Assembly (NCBI GenBank): GCA_965261545.1
Contig: CBDHDF010000007.1
Span: 256,001-320,000 of the forward strand
Reading direction: 5' to 3'
Origin: Bdellovibrionales bacterium
GTDB lineage: Bacteria > Bdellovibrionota > Bdellovibrionia > Bdellovibrionales > UBA1609
DNA length: 64,000 nt
In this document: positions 31,275 through 41,845 of the stretch, piece after piece
Position numbering within the stretch: the stretch's first letter is position 1
Layout: each line of letters begins with the position of its first letter
Program-made: the position numbers and the translations under genes
The notes under the pieces: generated by a model
The model's database searches: none
Told to the model about the DNA's origin: nothing
What the model saw: the letters and a program-made list of their open reading frames with translations, nothing else

Positions 31275-32317
31275 AAAAGAGTCTTCCACTTCTTTTTCAA
31301 CTGGGGAAGTCTCGCCAACAAAGCATAAGCCCTAAGAGCCTGCCTCCATGGCATGAGAAAGTGCCCCATATACCGCCCAGGTATGGTTATGTTGCAATGG
31401 ACAAAAGATCCCTTTTCGCATACCACCCCATCCACCATACGAATATGATCGCGCACCCCTGTTCTTTCCCCTAAGAGACATCGACTTCCAATGTGAGTGG
31501 AGCCCGCCACCATCACCCCCGCTAAAAGGAGGCTGTAGGAGCCAATGCTAACATTGTGAGCCAGGTGACAGTGAGCCCCCACCTGAGTTCCCTCACCGAT
31601 CACAGTGTCATCAAAGGTCCCGCGATCGACCTGAACACCCATACCCAACTCAACAAAATCTCCTAAAATCACACGACCGTAGTGGGGCTTAAAGTGATAA
31701 TGCCCCAAGGAATCCTGACCATAACCACAGCCATCCGAACCCAAGGTGGATTGAGACCGAATACGACAAAAGTTCCCCACCACCACATCATGGCGCAGGG
31801 TCACATGGGGCTCAATAAAAACATCATGCCCCATACAAACACGATCGCCCACATAGGTATGGGCTCCAATATGGCATCTCTCCCCTGTGACGACCCCATG
31901 GGAAATAACAGCATAAGGGCCTACCACTGTGCCCCTCCCCAACTGAACTCCCCGGGCCACCACAGCTGAGAGATCCACCTGAGGAGTCACATCATCCTTG
32001 TGAGCTTGGGAAGCCAATAAATTTGGAGAACTAAAAAACTCCTTGATGATAAGTGATATCATCATCGACAATCTAGAAGTGGATAAAACACAACCGGGAG
32101 GGGAGGGAGGCACCTTGACCTTGGAGTCCACAATAACAACGGCAACGCCGGCTTTCCAGCAAGGAGTCAACCACCGACTTTGGGGAATAAAACAAAGACC
32201 TTTCCGCCGAGGCTCTTCCACGGACCATGGCCTCTCCGCCTCAAGGTCTAAGGCCCCCCCCACATGGGAAACAAACATTGGAAACTTATCAAGAATCTGT
32301 TGTCCAGTAACTGCCAT
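31271..32317 (-). CDS. lpxD: UDP-3-O-acylglucosamine N-acyltransferase
   Basis: Hexapeptide repeats, LGSDGCGY, GRVILGDFVELG, DRGTFDDTVIG, HLAHNV. Confidence 0.88.
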   Translation of the reverse strand: MAVTGQQILDKFPMFVSHVGGALDLEAERPWSVEEPRRKGLCFIPQSRWLTPCWKAGVAVVIVDSKVKVPPSPPGCVLSTSRLSMMISLIIKEFFSSPNLLASQAHKDDVTPQVDLSAVVARGVQLGRGTVVGPYAVISHGVVTGERCHIGAHTYVGDRVCMGHDVFIEPHVTLRHDVVVGNFCRIRSQSTLGSDGCGYGQDSLGHYHFKPHYGRVILGDFVELGMGVQVDRGTFDDTVIGEGTQVGAHCHLAHNVSIGSYSLLLAGVMVAGSTHIGSRCLLGERTGVRDHIRMVDGVVCEKGSFVHCNITIPGRYMGHFLMPWRQALRAYALLARLPQLKKKWKTLF

Positions 32318-32489
32318 GGCATATCTACTGACATATTCTTAGAAATTTACAAGAAATGATACGACGCATCTTCGAAGCTGACAAACTTATTCAAACTCAA
32401 ATACTCAAACCAAGACTCACATGCGCAAGTCAAAGTTCACAAAAATCTAAGCATCAACGTCTCAAAAAAGTGTCTTGGAGCATAGAAAA

Positions 32490-33137
32490 CTATGGAGTGT
32501 CGGGCTGCTTGCTAGGGGAGGCTTTTTGAAAAGCTTCCAACTCCATGCAATTTTCATAAACCCTTAAAAGGTGGGAGCGCTCCACAACACTCACCCCAAA
32601 CCTTTGGGCTGCAAATACCTGGGGGATGACGAAGGCATCTGCCACCGTCACTTGTCCCCCGAGACAAAACGAACCAGCCGTGGTAGCAAGCTTTTCTTCA
32701 AGAGCTCGAAGTCCTCGAGATATCCAAAATTGATGCCACTGGGCCACATCTTTTTCCTCCGCTTGAAATTGAGCCTTTAATTGTTTGGCAACTCCTAGGT
32801 TTTGTAAGGGTTGAATACCACTATTGACAATTTCACATATTTCAATGGCCTGTGCACGATTCCATGGGTCCATAGGAAACAGGGGGGGCTGAGGCCACTT
32901 TTGCTCCAAGTGGTCGATAATGGCCATGGATTGCCCTAGGGAACCTTGATCGTGAACCCAGCAGGGCACTTGAGCCATGGGGTTAAGACCTAAAAATTCT
33001 TGTTTGTGCTGCTGCCCCCCCTCCTTAAGGAGGTGAACCGAGCGATATTCAAAGTCAATATTTTTGAGGAATAAAACGATACGCACACGATAGGAGGCCG
33101 AACTGCGAAAGTAATTGTAAAAAATAGGCTCAGACAT
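32490..33137 (-). CDS. maiA: Maleylacetoacetate isomerase (GST zeta)
   Basis: YFRSSASYRVRI, NPMAQVP, QSMAII, SGIQPLQNL. Confidence 0.92.
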   Translation of the reverse strand: MSEPIFYNYFRSSASYRVRIVLFLKNIDFEYRSVHLLKEGGQQHKQEFLGLNPMAQVPCWVHDQGSLGQSMAIIDHLEQKWPQPPLFPMDPWNRAQAIEICEIVNSGIQPLQNLGVAKQLKAQFQAEEKDVAQWHQFWISRGLRALEEKLATTAGSFCLGGQVTVADAFVIPQVFAAQRFGVSVVERSHLLRVYENCMELEAFQKASPSKQPDTP

Positions 33138-33816
33138 TGTTTCCTTTATTTAGCTTTTTAAGGCGAGCACGAGCCTTCTGCGCTTCAGGATCCTTAGGGT
33201 GATTGTCTATGACTTCTTTATAAAAGAGTCGAGCATTGACCTTATTCCCCATCTCTTCAAAACATAGACCAATTTTGTAAGTAGCCAAAACATAGTGTTT
33301 ACCCTGGGGGTTCTTGGTTCTATATTTTCCAAATTCAAGGGCAGCCTCTTTCCAACGCTTGTTTTTAAAATGCTCCTTAGCAAGCTCTAAAGAACCTTTG
33401 GAAGGAACATTTTTTTTAGTCATTTCAGTAGCCAAGTTTTCCACAGCCTGTTCGAGAAACTTAATTCTAGCCCAAATCTCTTGATTATTATTAGAGTGCT
33501 GGTTTTGACTTTGAACTTGAGTATCTGCCCTTTGCTTGGTGGCCACCTCCACCGACTCAAGCCGACCTTGCATATGACGAGCCTGAGTTTCTAGGTCTTG
33601 AAATCGCAGGTTCAAACGAGATTCGCGCTGCTCCCAAATTTGGCGATCCCTATCTTCTTGAACCGTCTTTTCTAGCTTTTTTTGCTGCTCTCTTTCCTGC
33701 TTATGATGGGTCTCCTTCATTTTTTCCTCGGCACTAAGTTGGGAGCGAGTTCTTAAGCAACCCGCCAATGAAGTTGCCAACCAAAGCGATACCAAAAGAC
33801 ATAAAAACTTTTTCAT
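33130..33816 (-). CDS. Tol-Pal-associated TPR lipoprotein (CpoB/YbgF-like)
   Basis: Lipobox LAGC after MKKFLCLL, coiled coil, C-terminal TPRs; downstream of pal. Confidence 0.75.
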   Translation of the reverse strand: MKKFLCLLVSLWLATSLAGCLRTRSQLSAEEKMKETHHKQEREQQKKLEKTVQEDRDRQIWEQRESRLNLRFQDLETQARHMQGRLESVEVATKQRADTQVQSQNQHSNNNQEIWARIKFLEQAVENLATEMTKKNVPSKGSLELAKEHFKNKRWKEAALEFGKYRTKNPQGKHYVLATYKIGLCFEEMGNKVNARLFYKEVIDNHPKDPEAQKARARLKKLNKGNNV

Positions 33817-33820
33817 CTTG

Positions 33821-34240
33821 TCATGGCTCCTCGGGTAAAAAATCCCCCGATTTAAATTTCTTAACATGGGATTGATTCTCTGCTTTCTCAGCATATTCTC
33901 TCGCCTTGGTAAAGTGAATCCGAGATTTTTCACGCTCATTTTGATCAAAGTATCCTAGGCCCTTTTGATAGTGCCTCTCCGCTTTATCTAAAAAAGAGGG
34001 GGCCAGTTGGGATGCTCCCCCAGCCCGAGCGGACTCTATGGCTTTATGAGCCAATGTAAATTCTCTGAGAGGGCGAGGCCCTAAGACACAGCCAAGCCCT
34101 GCAATCCCTATCACCGCAATTCCAAAGACCAAACCAAGACCCATGGATGGTAAGACCTTTATCCCCCCTCTTCCAAAGAAGCTATTCGTACCTCTTCCTA
34201 GATACTTTCTTCCTAAGAGACTATTCGGAAATAGGAACAA
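33821..34240 (-). CDS. DUF4398-like lipoprotein; true start probably downstream
   Basis: Hydrophobic leader ending in GC, then AIESARAGGA..AP....AE..Y...AREYAEKAE. Confidence 0.6.
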   Translation of the reverse strand: MFLFPNSLLGRKYLGRGTNSFFGRGGIKVLPSMGLGLVFGIAVIGIAGLGCVLGPRPLREFTLAHKAIESARAGGASQLAPSFLDKAERHYQKGLGYFDQNEREKSRIHFTKAREYAEKAENQSHVKKFKSGDFLPEEP

Positions 34241-34766
34241 AATTAGCGCGACGATTGGCCCGATGAGCTTCCTCCGAGTTTTCCGTTCTCAAAGGCTTTT
34301 CCTTTCCATAACTAAGCGTGGATAACTTAAGGGGGTCCACACCGAGGCTCACCAAGTAGTCCTTGACAGCCTCAGCCCTTCGATCTCCTAAAGCCAAGTT
34401 GTATTCACTGGACCCTCGATTGTCACAGTGGCCTTCCACTTGAACAAGAACAACGTTTTGAGATTGAATCCAACTCGCATTGTCCGCAAGAATTTGCCTC
34501 GCTGTGCTAGATAGCCTCGCTTGATCGTAGTCAAAGGTAATGCTCCTCAATCCTATAATGTCGCCACTATCACTTCCAAGCTCGGGAAAAGAGGGAAGTA
34601 TTGGAGCGGCCTCCGGAACACTTTCAAACATTTGTTCAGCGGAGGGATCTTCCTCAGCCTTTTTTTTGGTCGCACAAGACGAGGATATCATCATCGAAAG
34701 TGCTATCATAAAAATTGTCATACCTCGAAGCATAAGTTCTCCTTCCTTATTGTCGAATACACTCAA
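34221..34766 (-). CDS. pal: Peptidoglycan-associated lipoprotein
   Basis: Lipobox Cys, FDYD, VEGHCDNRGSSEYNLALGDRRA, SYGKEKP, NRRA. Confidence 0.92.
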   Translation of the reverse strand: MSVFDNKEGELMLRGMTIFMIALSMMISSSCATKKKAEEDPSAEQMFESVPEAAPILPSFPELGSDSGDIIGLRSITFDYDQARLSSTARQILADNASWIQSQNVVLVQVEGHCDNRGSSEYNLALGDRRAEAVKDYLVSLGVDPLKLSTLSYGKEKPLRTENSEEAHRANRRANFVPISE

Positions 34767-34923
34767 TTCTTAACTAAAGAATAAAAAAATACAATAAAAA
34801 AATGTAAACCCCAATATTGGAATTGGGAAAATATCTTTATTGAGGAATATCTTTAGTTTTTTGTCAGCGACTGGCCTTTTTTGCACGTCAACACATAGTA
34901 TCATGTGACGAAACCCTGCTATG

Positions 34924-36133
34924 CTATTTTTTAATCTCAAAATCTCGAAGGGCACTTAAAACTTCGCGGCAATGCTCCACCCCCTTTGTCTCCAAAAGAA
35001 ACTGAATCACTGTCTCTCGCAAGTTTAAATGGCGTCCAATGCGATCATGCTCCACTTGAAGAATGTTCGCTCGATGGCGAGCAATGATATCTGTCAACTT
35101 GCTGAGAACCCCAGGAGAATCTGAAACCACCACAGAAAACCGTACAATTCTTCCAGCCTTTGCCAAACCGCGCTCAATGACCGAAGAAAGAAGATTCATA
35201 TCCAAGTTGCCTCCACTCAAAACAAGACAAGTTTTCTTCCCCAGCGACAACCCACCCTTCATCACGGCCGCCAATGAAAGAGCCCCCGACCCCTCCACCA
35301 CCGTTTTGGCCCTCTCAAGAAGATAGACCATGGCTGAAGCAATGGTTTCTTCATCCACCGAACAAACATCATCCACATACCTTTTTATAAATTGATTGTA
35401 CATCACGGAACTCGGCTCTTTGAGAGACGTTCCATCCGCAATGCTTGGCTTATAGGAGATCGACTCCAGGGATTTATTTTCCGATAGGGCCTTCATAGCA
35501 GAACAGTTCTCTGGGACCACGCCAATCACCTTGCAAGAGGGCATGGACTCTTTGATGGCGATAGCCACTCCTGAAATTAAGCCTCCGCCTCCAATGGGAA
35601 CCACAATAGAGTCCAGGGGCTCTCCTTTCATTTGATTCATGACTTCTAGCCCCAAGCTCCCTTGACCCGCAATAATATGGGGGTCCTCAAAGGGGTGGAT
35701 AAAAACATGCCCCCCCTCCTTGGACACCTCCAAGGCCCTTTTATAGCTTTCGTCGTAAATATCTCCGTGCAAAAGTACTTCGGCCCCATAACCTCTGGTC
35801 GCGGTTATTTTTACCAAAGGTGTCTGAAGAGGCATAACAATCTTTGAGTGAGCCCCCACATAGGTCATGCTATAAGCCACACCCTGGGCGTGATTCCCCG
35901 CTGAAGCCGCCACAATTCCCTGGGCTTTTTCCTTTTCTGTCAATGACAAAGCCTTATTCATGGCTCCACGAATCTTAAAAGCTACCTGTGATCTGGTGAT
36001 TTTCTTGCTTCAAAAAAACATCCACTCCCGCAAGCTTTGATCCATGGCGAGAATAGGTCAATGGCGTTTCACTAATGGCCGAAGCAATTCGCTCCCTAGC
36101 CTCCAAGATATCTTTAATAGTCACGTCTTTCAT
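34924..36133 (-). CDS. ilvA: Threonine ammonia-lyase with ACT domain; one extra T near 35977-35980 (probable sequencing error)
   Basis: MKDVTIKDILEARERI...KQENHQITGSF then a +1 shift to KIRGAMNK; ASAGNHAQG, PIGGGGL, LSGGN. Confidence 0.85.
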
Positions 36134-36150
36134 GGTATTGCAGGGCTCAC

Positions 36151-36426
36151 TTAAACCTCATTCCAATAAGCTGTCAAACCTTGAATGGGTCCATACCCTC
36201 CATGAGATTCCACATGAGATTCCACATTTTTCACACCTCCACTAATATCGGCGTGGTTTGTTGAGCGAGCCCTGGACTCATCCAGTGTAGGAACAAAACG
36301 CTCATCAAAATAGAAAAAGGGAATTAAAACTCGTCCACAGCAATGGCATGAACAAACAGCTTCATCAGATGATTGATTGGTAAACCCACATATGTGACAA
36401 CGACGAAAATATAAAGAGTGACTCAT
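36151..36426 (-). CDS. Small Zn-ribbon protein
   Basis: CHIC...CHCC; RBS ggaggaaat before ATG. Confidence 0.65.
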   Translation of the reverse strand: MSHSLYFRRCHICGFTNQSSDEAVCSCHCCGRVLIPFFYFDERFVPTLDESRARSTNHADISGGVKNVESHVESHGGYGPIQGLTAYWNEV

Positions 36427-36921
36427 ATTTCCTCCCTTAAGGGGAATGCAGATGATCTCGCCTAACATGAATAGTGACCTTGTCATTTAACTACCTTGTC
36501 ATTAATCTACATGAACTCAAGCTCCGGGACAATAGTCCATATTTGGTCAAGGGAGATATCAAGACCCCCGCAGCCTCTTTCCTGAAAATAAAGACGGATC
36601 TCTAAAAAAGAATGCTAAATAATAACAAGGACTTGGCGCGTCATATTAAATTCTATTCCCATGAACTTCCATAAAAATGTGTCTCGCAAAAACACATAAC
36701 TTTATTTGATATTTTCTCTTTTTTTTACACCACACCTCTTTCCATCTCTCCATGAAACACTCGACTTTAATAACTGCCACAACAAAACTCTGACACGATC
36801 ACTCCTTCGTCCCGTCAATGAAATGTCAAAATATCACTGGTCAAGGTCTCTTTTGCTGTTAAATTTTGGCACCCATCTTGCTAATTACACTCATGAGTGA
36901 TTCTCAATCAAGGAGTGAGTT

Positions 36922-37785
36922 GTGAACACTGACTTTTATCAAGGTTATGATCTGAACAAAGGGTCTCAAAAAAGCCATGGACCATGGATGGCCCATGCCC
37001 AGCTTCTCATAGAAGCCGGCGGTTATACGTGGGCCACCATTCTCCTAGAGGCTATTCTCAAAGAAAACCCCCACCACCAGCAAGCCCTAGAAAAAATCGC
37101 CCAATGTTCCATTCATTTAGCCAACAATTTGTATGAAAATGGAAAGAGAGACCTTGCCCTAAAGATTTACCTTGCCATCAAGGACTCCCTTCGCCGGGAG
37201 GAAATTTATCCTGTTTTAAAAAATATCGGAAATATTTACACTCAAATGAAAAATTTTGACCAAGCAAGAAAGCACTATGAAATGGCTCTCCATATTTGCC
37301 CCGCCTCAGACACCCTCATGATAAGCTTGGGCACCCTGTCCCTACAAACAGACCACTGGGAAGAAGCTATAGAATGGTTCCGAAAAGCTGTCCAATCCAA
37401 TAGTTATAACGATGACGCTTGGCTAGGTTTAGCTATCATCCACAACCATTGTGGAGACCTCGACCTCGCTTGGGCCAATTTAGAAAAAACTCTGGATATC
37501 AACCCTCTCCACGAACTGGCCCTTCATTTATATTTTGAATGGGGCATTGAAAATCAAAGGGAAAGAATTATTGAAGAAAAACTCCAGCGCCTCACCCAAA
37601 AAAATCCCCATCGAGATGATTTAAGAATTCTTCTTGCCAAAATCCAATTCTGCCTAGGGCATTTTGAAGAAGCACAAAACCATACAGATGTCTTCTTATC
37701 CCACAATCATGAACACCCCGCAGCCATGCAGTTGAAAGCATGGATTGAAAAACATGGAGACCACCAAAATGAAGACTATAAATGA
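36922..37785 (+). CDS. TPR-repeat protein
   Basis: Multiple TPR-like helices (NIGNIY..., AWLGLA...); RBS aaggag. Confidence 0.8.
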   Translation: MNTDFYQGYDLNKGSQKSHGPWMAHAQLLIEAGGYTWATILLEAILKENPHHQQALEKIAQCSIHLANNLYENGKRDLALKIYLAIKDSLRREEIYPVLKNIGNIYTQMKNFDQARKHYEMALHICPASDTLMISLGTLSLQTDHWEEAIEWFRKAVQSNSYNDDAWLGLAIIHNHCGDLDLAWANLEKTLDINPLHELALHLYFEWGIENQRERIIEEKLQRLTQKNPHRDDLRILLAKIQFCLGHFEEAQNHTDVFLSHNHEHPAAMQLKAWIEKHGDHQNEDYK

Positions 37786-38041
37786 CCCCCACAGCGACCA
37801 AAGTTTTTTTTCCAATAAGGTGGTGGCCTTAAAACTAAGGCAGATCAATGACCGATTTATAATCGTCCCTACAAAAGATCACTCAAAGAACCACACCCAT
37901 TTATTGACCCATAGTTTATTGGCCCATAGAAAGTCTCAAATATCTCAACTTTGCCTTCTGCACTTCACTCGTGATAAAACCTTAGATATCAGTATCACCT
38001 ACGATCCTTGGAGCCATTGGCTCAATATTCAAGTGCTATAA
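37745..38041 (+). CDS. Hypothetical protein
   Basis: Fills the gap between co-oriented genes. Confidence 0.4.
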   Translation: MKNMETTKMKTINDPHSDQSFFSNKVVALKLRQINDRFIIVPTKDHSKNHTHLLTHSLLAHRKSQISQLCLLHFTRDKTLDISITYDPWSHWLNIQVL

Positions 38042-38044
38042 ACC

Positions 38045-39331
38045 ATGAATGGTTCAACTCCTCCCCACCACCTTCTTCGGCCCTTTCTTCGCCAAAACCT
38101 CCCAGATAAGATCTTCTATGTTTGCCCCCAGAAATGGAACAACAACGACCCCAGTCATGGCGACAGTGATCCCGGTGGCAGCGCATCAAATCATGGTGGT
38201 GGCCACCCAAGCCATACAGAAGAAGACCTCGGTTGTTTACAAGAACTTAAAGGCTCTATCCACATGGTTTTTGGTCTCATGAACCTCCCCCCCCTTCTGC
38301 CTCCCTCAAACCCCACTCCTGTTGTTATTGAAGAGGGCTCTCTAACCACTCTAACCACGGCCCCACCACAACATGCCATCCATGCCCTCCATACCATCCT
38401 TCCCATTCCTTTGATCTCCATTCACCCCACCTTTATCAAACTAAGAAACCTGGAAAGACTCAAAGACATAGCCCCCATGGCTCCATGGGCGGGAGTCCTT
38501 CATAGCGGGATGTCCCCCAAGGAGGCTTTGCAGATCGTTACAGAAAAATCCCCCCACCTCTGGAATCCCTTGGAAATTTTTGGCCTTCCTGAAGAACAAA
38601 AAAATATTATTCAAAATGAAAAGATGGTCTCTATTGGACGCCTTACAAAGAATATGGCTCACCACCTACAACAACCCCTTGAGCAAATAGACTCCCTTTG
38701 CCAACAGTGGCTTAAAAGATGCCAAGATGGTTCCACGACCTTCCCCACCCTGGAGTCTGATCTCAAGGAGGTCCAAAAAGCCAATCAGCGTATTCAGAAA
38801 ATAATTGAAAACCTACTCAAATTTATCAAAAGCCCAAACCACCACCTCGAAATTCATTCCTTAAGTCAACTCGTTCAAGATACTTTACCCATCCTAGATC
38901 CCTTGCTCAAACCTTTCCACTGTCACTTGGAAATAGACAAGACAAAAAAAGACACCCTATGGGTTCAACCAGACTTATTCAAACAAGTTATTTTTAACCT
39001 TGTTCACAATGCCTGCCAGGCCTCCCAGGTGGGAAGTTCATTGCACATAAGAACAAGTCAACCCTGCCCCCAGTGGCTTTACTTAGAAATTCAAGATTTT
39101 GGATCAGGCATTCCCCATGACCAACAGCTTAAAATCTTTCACCCCTTCTTTACCACAAAGAACCAAGGTCAAGGCACGGGACTGGGACTGAGTATTAGCA
39201 AAAAGATTGTTGAAAGCTTTCACGGAAAAATTCATGTGCAAAGCACTGTCGGTCAAGGCACCACTTTTCAAGTTCAACTCCCCTCTCAAGAACACTCCCC
39301 CCTATCTCCAAAGAAAGGACGCCAACCATGA
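38045..39331 (+). CDS. Sensor histidine kinase
   Basis: EKMVSIGRL..MAHHLQQPL H-box, QVIFNLVHNA, DFGSGIP, PFFTTK, GTGLGL. Confidence 0.88.
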   Translation: MNGSTPPHHLLRPFLRQNLPDKIFYVCPQKWNNNDPSHGDSDPGGSASNHGGGHPSHTEEDLGCLQELKGSIHMVFGLMNLPPLLPPSNPTPVVIEEGSLTTLTTAPPQHAIHALHTILPIPLISIHPTFIKLRNLERLKDIAPMAPWAGVLHSGMSPKEALQIVTEKSPHLWNPLEIFGLPEEQKNIIQNEKMVSIGRLTKNMAHHLQQPLEQIDSLCQQWLKRCQDGSTTFPTLESDLKEVQKANQRIQKIIENLLKFIKSPNHHLEIHSLSQLVQDTLPILDPLLKPFHCHLEIDKTKKDTLWVQPDLFKQVIFNLVHNACQASQVGSSLHIRTSQPCPQWLYLEIQDFGSGIPHDQQLKIFHPFFTTKNQGQGTGLGLSISKKIVESFHGKIHVQSTVGQGTTFQVQLPSQEHSPLSPKKGRQP

Positions 39332-39876
39332 GAGTCATCTCTGGTCATTTTAAAGGACGTCGTCTGGCCTCCTTTAAATACAAACATATAAGGCCCACCA
39401 CAGATATGGTCAAAGAAGGAATTTTTAATCGTTTGTCCTCCACCATCCAGGGAGCAAGAGTGTTGGATCTCTTCTCTGGCACGGGAAGCCTCAGTATTGA
39501 AGCTCTTTCCCGGGGAGCTAAGGAAGTTGTCGCCATTGAAAAACATCCCCAATCCCTCAAGGTCATTCACGAAAACATCCAACAACTAGGCATTCAAAGT
39601 GAAGTGAAAGTGATTCGAGAGGATGTTATGAAATTCCTAAAAAAATATAGGGGAAATAAATTTGACCTTATTCTGATAGACCCTCCATTCACTCAAAAAA
39701 TAGCACACGATATTATGGTGGTCCTCTCTCTCTCCCAGATCTTCCATGAAAAGAGTTTTGTAGCCATTGAGTCAGGTCGCCACGAAAGGTTGGATGAAGC
39801 CTATGGGGTGTTTGAACTCTCGGCCCAAAAGAGTTATGGTGATAAAAAGGCTTCATTTTTTAGTCCGCCCCGCTGA
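39328..39876 (+). CDS. rsmD: 16S rRNA (guanine966-N2) methyltransferase
   Basis: MRVISG.FKGR, RPTTD, LDLFSGTGSL, DPPF. Confidence 0.93.
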   Translation: MRVISGHFKGRRLASFKYKHIRPTTDMVKEGIFNRLSSTIQGARVLDLFSGTGSLSIEALSRGAKEVVAIEKHPQSLKVIHENIQQLGIQSEVKVIREDVMKFLKKYRGNKFDLILIDPPFTQKIAHDIMVVLSLSQIFHEKSFVAIESGRHERLDEAYGVFELSAQKSYGDKKASFFSPPR

Positions 39877-39896
39877 ATATAAAGAGGAGATTTCGT

Positions 39897-40391
39897 TTGT
39901 CCACAGCCGTTTATCCAGGGAGTTTTGACCCCATCACCTTGGGACATCTTGATATCATCCAACGCCTTTGCTCACACTATGATAAAATTGTCATCCTCAT
40001 TGCAAACAACCCTCAAAAAACATATCTTTTTTCCCTCACAGAAAGAGTTCAATTAGCACGAGATAGCCTCAAAGAAAAAAAAATTGAAAATATAAAACCG
40101 GATACATTCCAAGGACTCACAGTGAATTATGCCAAAATCATAGGAGCCTCGGTCATCGTTCGAGGAATTCGATCTGTCACTGACTTTGAGTATGAAATGG
40201 CCATGTCCCACATGAACAAAAAACTTTGTCCCGAAGTAGAAACCATGATGATCTTTGCAAGTCCTGATCTCAACTGCCTTTCTTCAAAAATGGTGAAAGA
40301 GGTTGCCATCTTCGGGGGACGGCTGCAAGACTTAGTTCCCACCAATGTGGCCGAAGCTCTATCCCAAAAAAAAAAGATGAGTAGAGCTTGA
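39897..40391 (+). CDS. coaD: Pantetheine-phosphate adenylyltransferase
   Basis: YPGSFDPITLGHLDII, RGIRSVTDFEYE, SSKMVKEVA. Confidence 0.96.
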   Translation: MSTAVYPGSFDPITLGHLDIIQRLCSHYDKIVILIANNPQKTYLFSLTERVQLARDSLKEKKIENIKPDTFQGLTVNYAKIIGASVIVRGIRSVTDFEYEMAMSHMNKKLCPEVETMMIFASPDLNCLSSKMVKEVAIFGGRLQDLVPTNVAEALSQKKKMSRA

Positions 40392-40400
40392 GAAGAATTT

Positions 40401-41636
40401 ATGAAAGAGGATAAAAATATAGCGAAAGAAAATGCAGCCATAGAAATCATGATTTCAAAAAGAGTGAGAGCGCTTCCAGAGTCGCCCACCTTGGCCTTAG
40501 CAGCCAAAGCCAAGGAACTCAAATCCGAGGGAAAAGACGTCATCTCCCTCGCCGTGGGAGAGCCCGATTGGGGCACCTTGGAATCCGCCAAAGTGGCAGG
40601 AAAAATGGCCATTGACCAAAATATGACGAAATACACACCCGCCAGTGGAATGAAAGAACTGCGAGAGGCCATCGCTCAACAGGCAAGTGCCCAGTACAAT
40701 ATGAACTTTAATTTCCAGCAAGTCACCATTTCCTCGGGCGCCAAATTTATGATCTACAGTGCCTTAAGCAGCATTCTCAACCCTGGCGATGAGGCCCTCA
40801 TTCCCACGCCCTTTTGGGCGAGTTACCCTTCCATCGTTCAACTTGCCGGTGGCCTTCCCAAATTCATTTCCACAACATCTAAAAATCGATTTAAAATAAC
40901 ACCTCAGGAATTAAACAAGGCCATCACACCACAAACAAAAGTCTTCATGTTTAACAGCCCCAGCAATCCCACAGGACAAATATATACAAAACGAGAACTC
41001 CAAGCCCTCGTCGATATTTTAGTTCAACACCCCCATATCATCATACTAAGTGATGATATCTACAGTCGACTTATCTTTACAGAGGATCACTGCGCTCCTC
41101 ACTTTTTGCAAATAGACCAAGGGCTTGCTCCTCGCCTCATTATTGTCAACGGAGCCTCCAAGTCTTTTGCCATGACAGGCTGGAGAATGGGTTGGGCCCT
41201 TGGCCCTCTGGAAATCATTCAAGCCATGGGGCGCTTTCAAAGCCAAGCCACCGGCTGCGCAAGCTCTATTTCCCAAGCCGCCACACTGGGTGCTTTAAAA
41301 AATTCAGATGAAGAATTTAAAAGGGTTTTAGTGGAATTAAAAGACAAAATGGCTTATGCAGTGCAAGCTTTTTCCCAGATTCATGGCCTCTCCCTGGAAG
41401 AACCTGAAGGAGCTTTTTACCTGTGGGTGGATATCCACTCCTACCTGAGTCCATCTTCTAAAAAATACACCTTTCAAGATTCCCGTGAATTTGCCTCCGA
41501 ACTTTTAAAGAGTCAATCTGTAGTGGTCGTGCCTGGAGCTGACTTTGGACAAGAGGGATTTATAAGGGTGAGCTTTGCCGTGGAAAAACAAAAAATCTCC
41601 CAAGCAGCCTCACGTATCCAAGCATTTCTCAAGTGA
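40401..41636 (+). CDS. aspC: Aspartate aminotransferase (class I/II PLP)
   Basis: GEPD, NSPSNPTG, SDDIY, SKSFAMTGWRMG, PEGAFY. Confidence 0.88.
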   Translation: MKEDKNIAKENAAIEIMISKRVRALPESPTLALAAKAKELKSEGKDVISLAVGEPDWGTLESAKVAGKMAIDQNMTKYTPASGMKELREAIAQQASAQYNMNFNFQQVTISSGAKFMIYSALSSILNPGDEALIPTPFWASYPSIVQLAGGLPKFISTTSKNRFKITPQELNKAITPQTKVFMFNSPSNPTGQIYTKRELQALVDILVQHPHIIILSDDIYSRLIFTEDHCAPHFLQIDQGLAPRLIIVNGASKSFAMTGWRMGWALGPLEIIQAMGRFQSQATGCASSISQAATLGALKNSDEEFKRVLVELKDKMAYAVQAFSQIHGLSLEEPEGAFYLWVDIHSYLSPSSKKYTFQDSREFASELLKSQSVVVVPGADFGQEGFIRVSFAVEKQKISQAASRIQAFLK

Positions 41637-41845
41637 AACATTTCTCAAGCGAAACAGAAAAATCGCAACCATCAACTGTCGCACTCTCATTGCGCAGCAC
41701 ATTATATCTCACGCACACCATTTTGACAGGCACCGCCTCTATTTGACATAATCTTTGACATAGTCAAAGGCAGGAGGCCACGGCTGGCCTTTTTTGATCA
41801 CATAACTTTAATGACATACTTTGATCACATACCAAGGAGGGATCT

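Noticed and set aside
35970..35985. ilvA as a true pseudogene or programmed frameshift
   Set aside because: A single extra base in a homopolymer with the rest of the gene intact; similar slips near 5150 and 59161 point to sequencing error.
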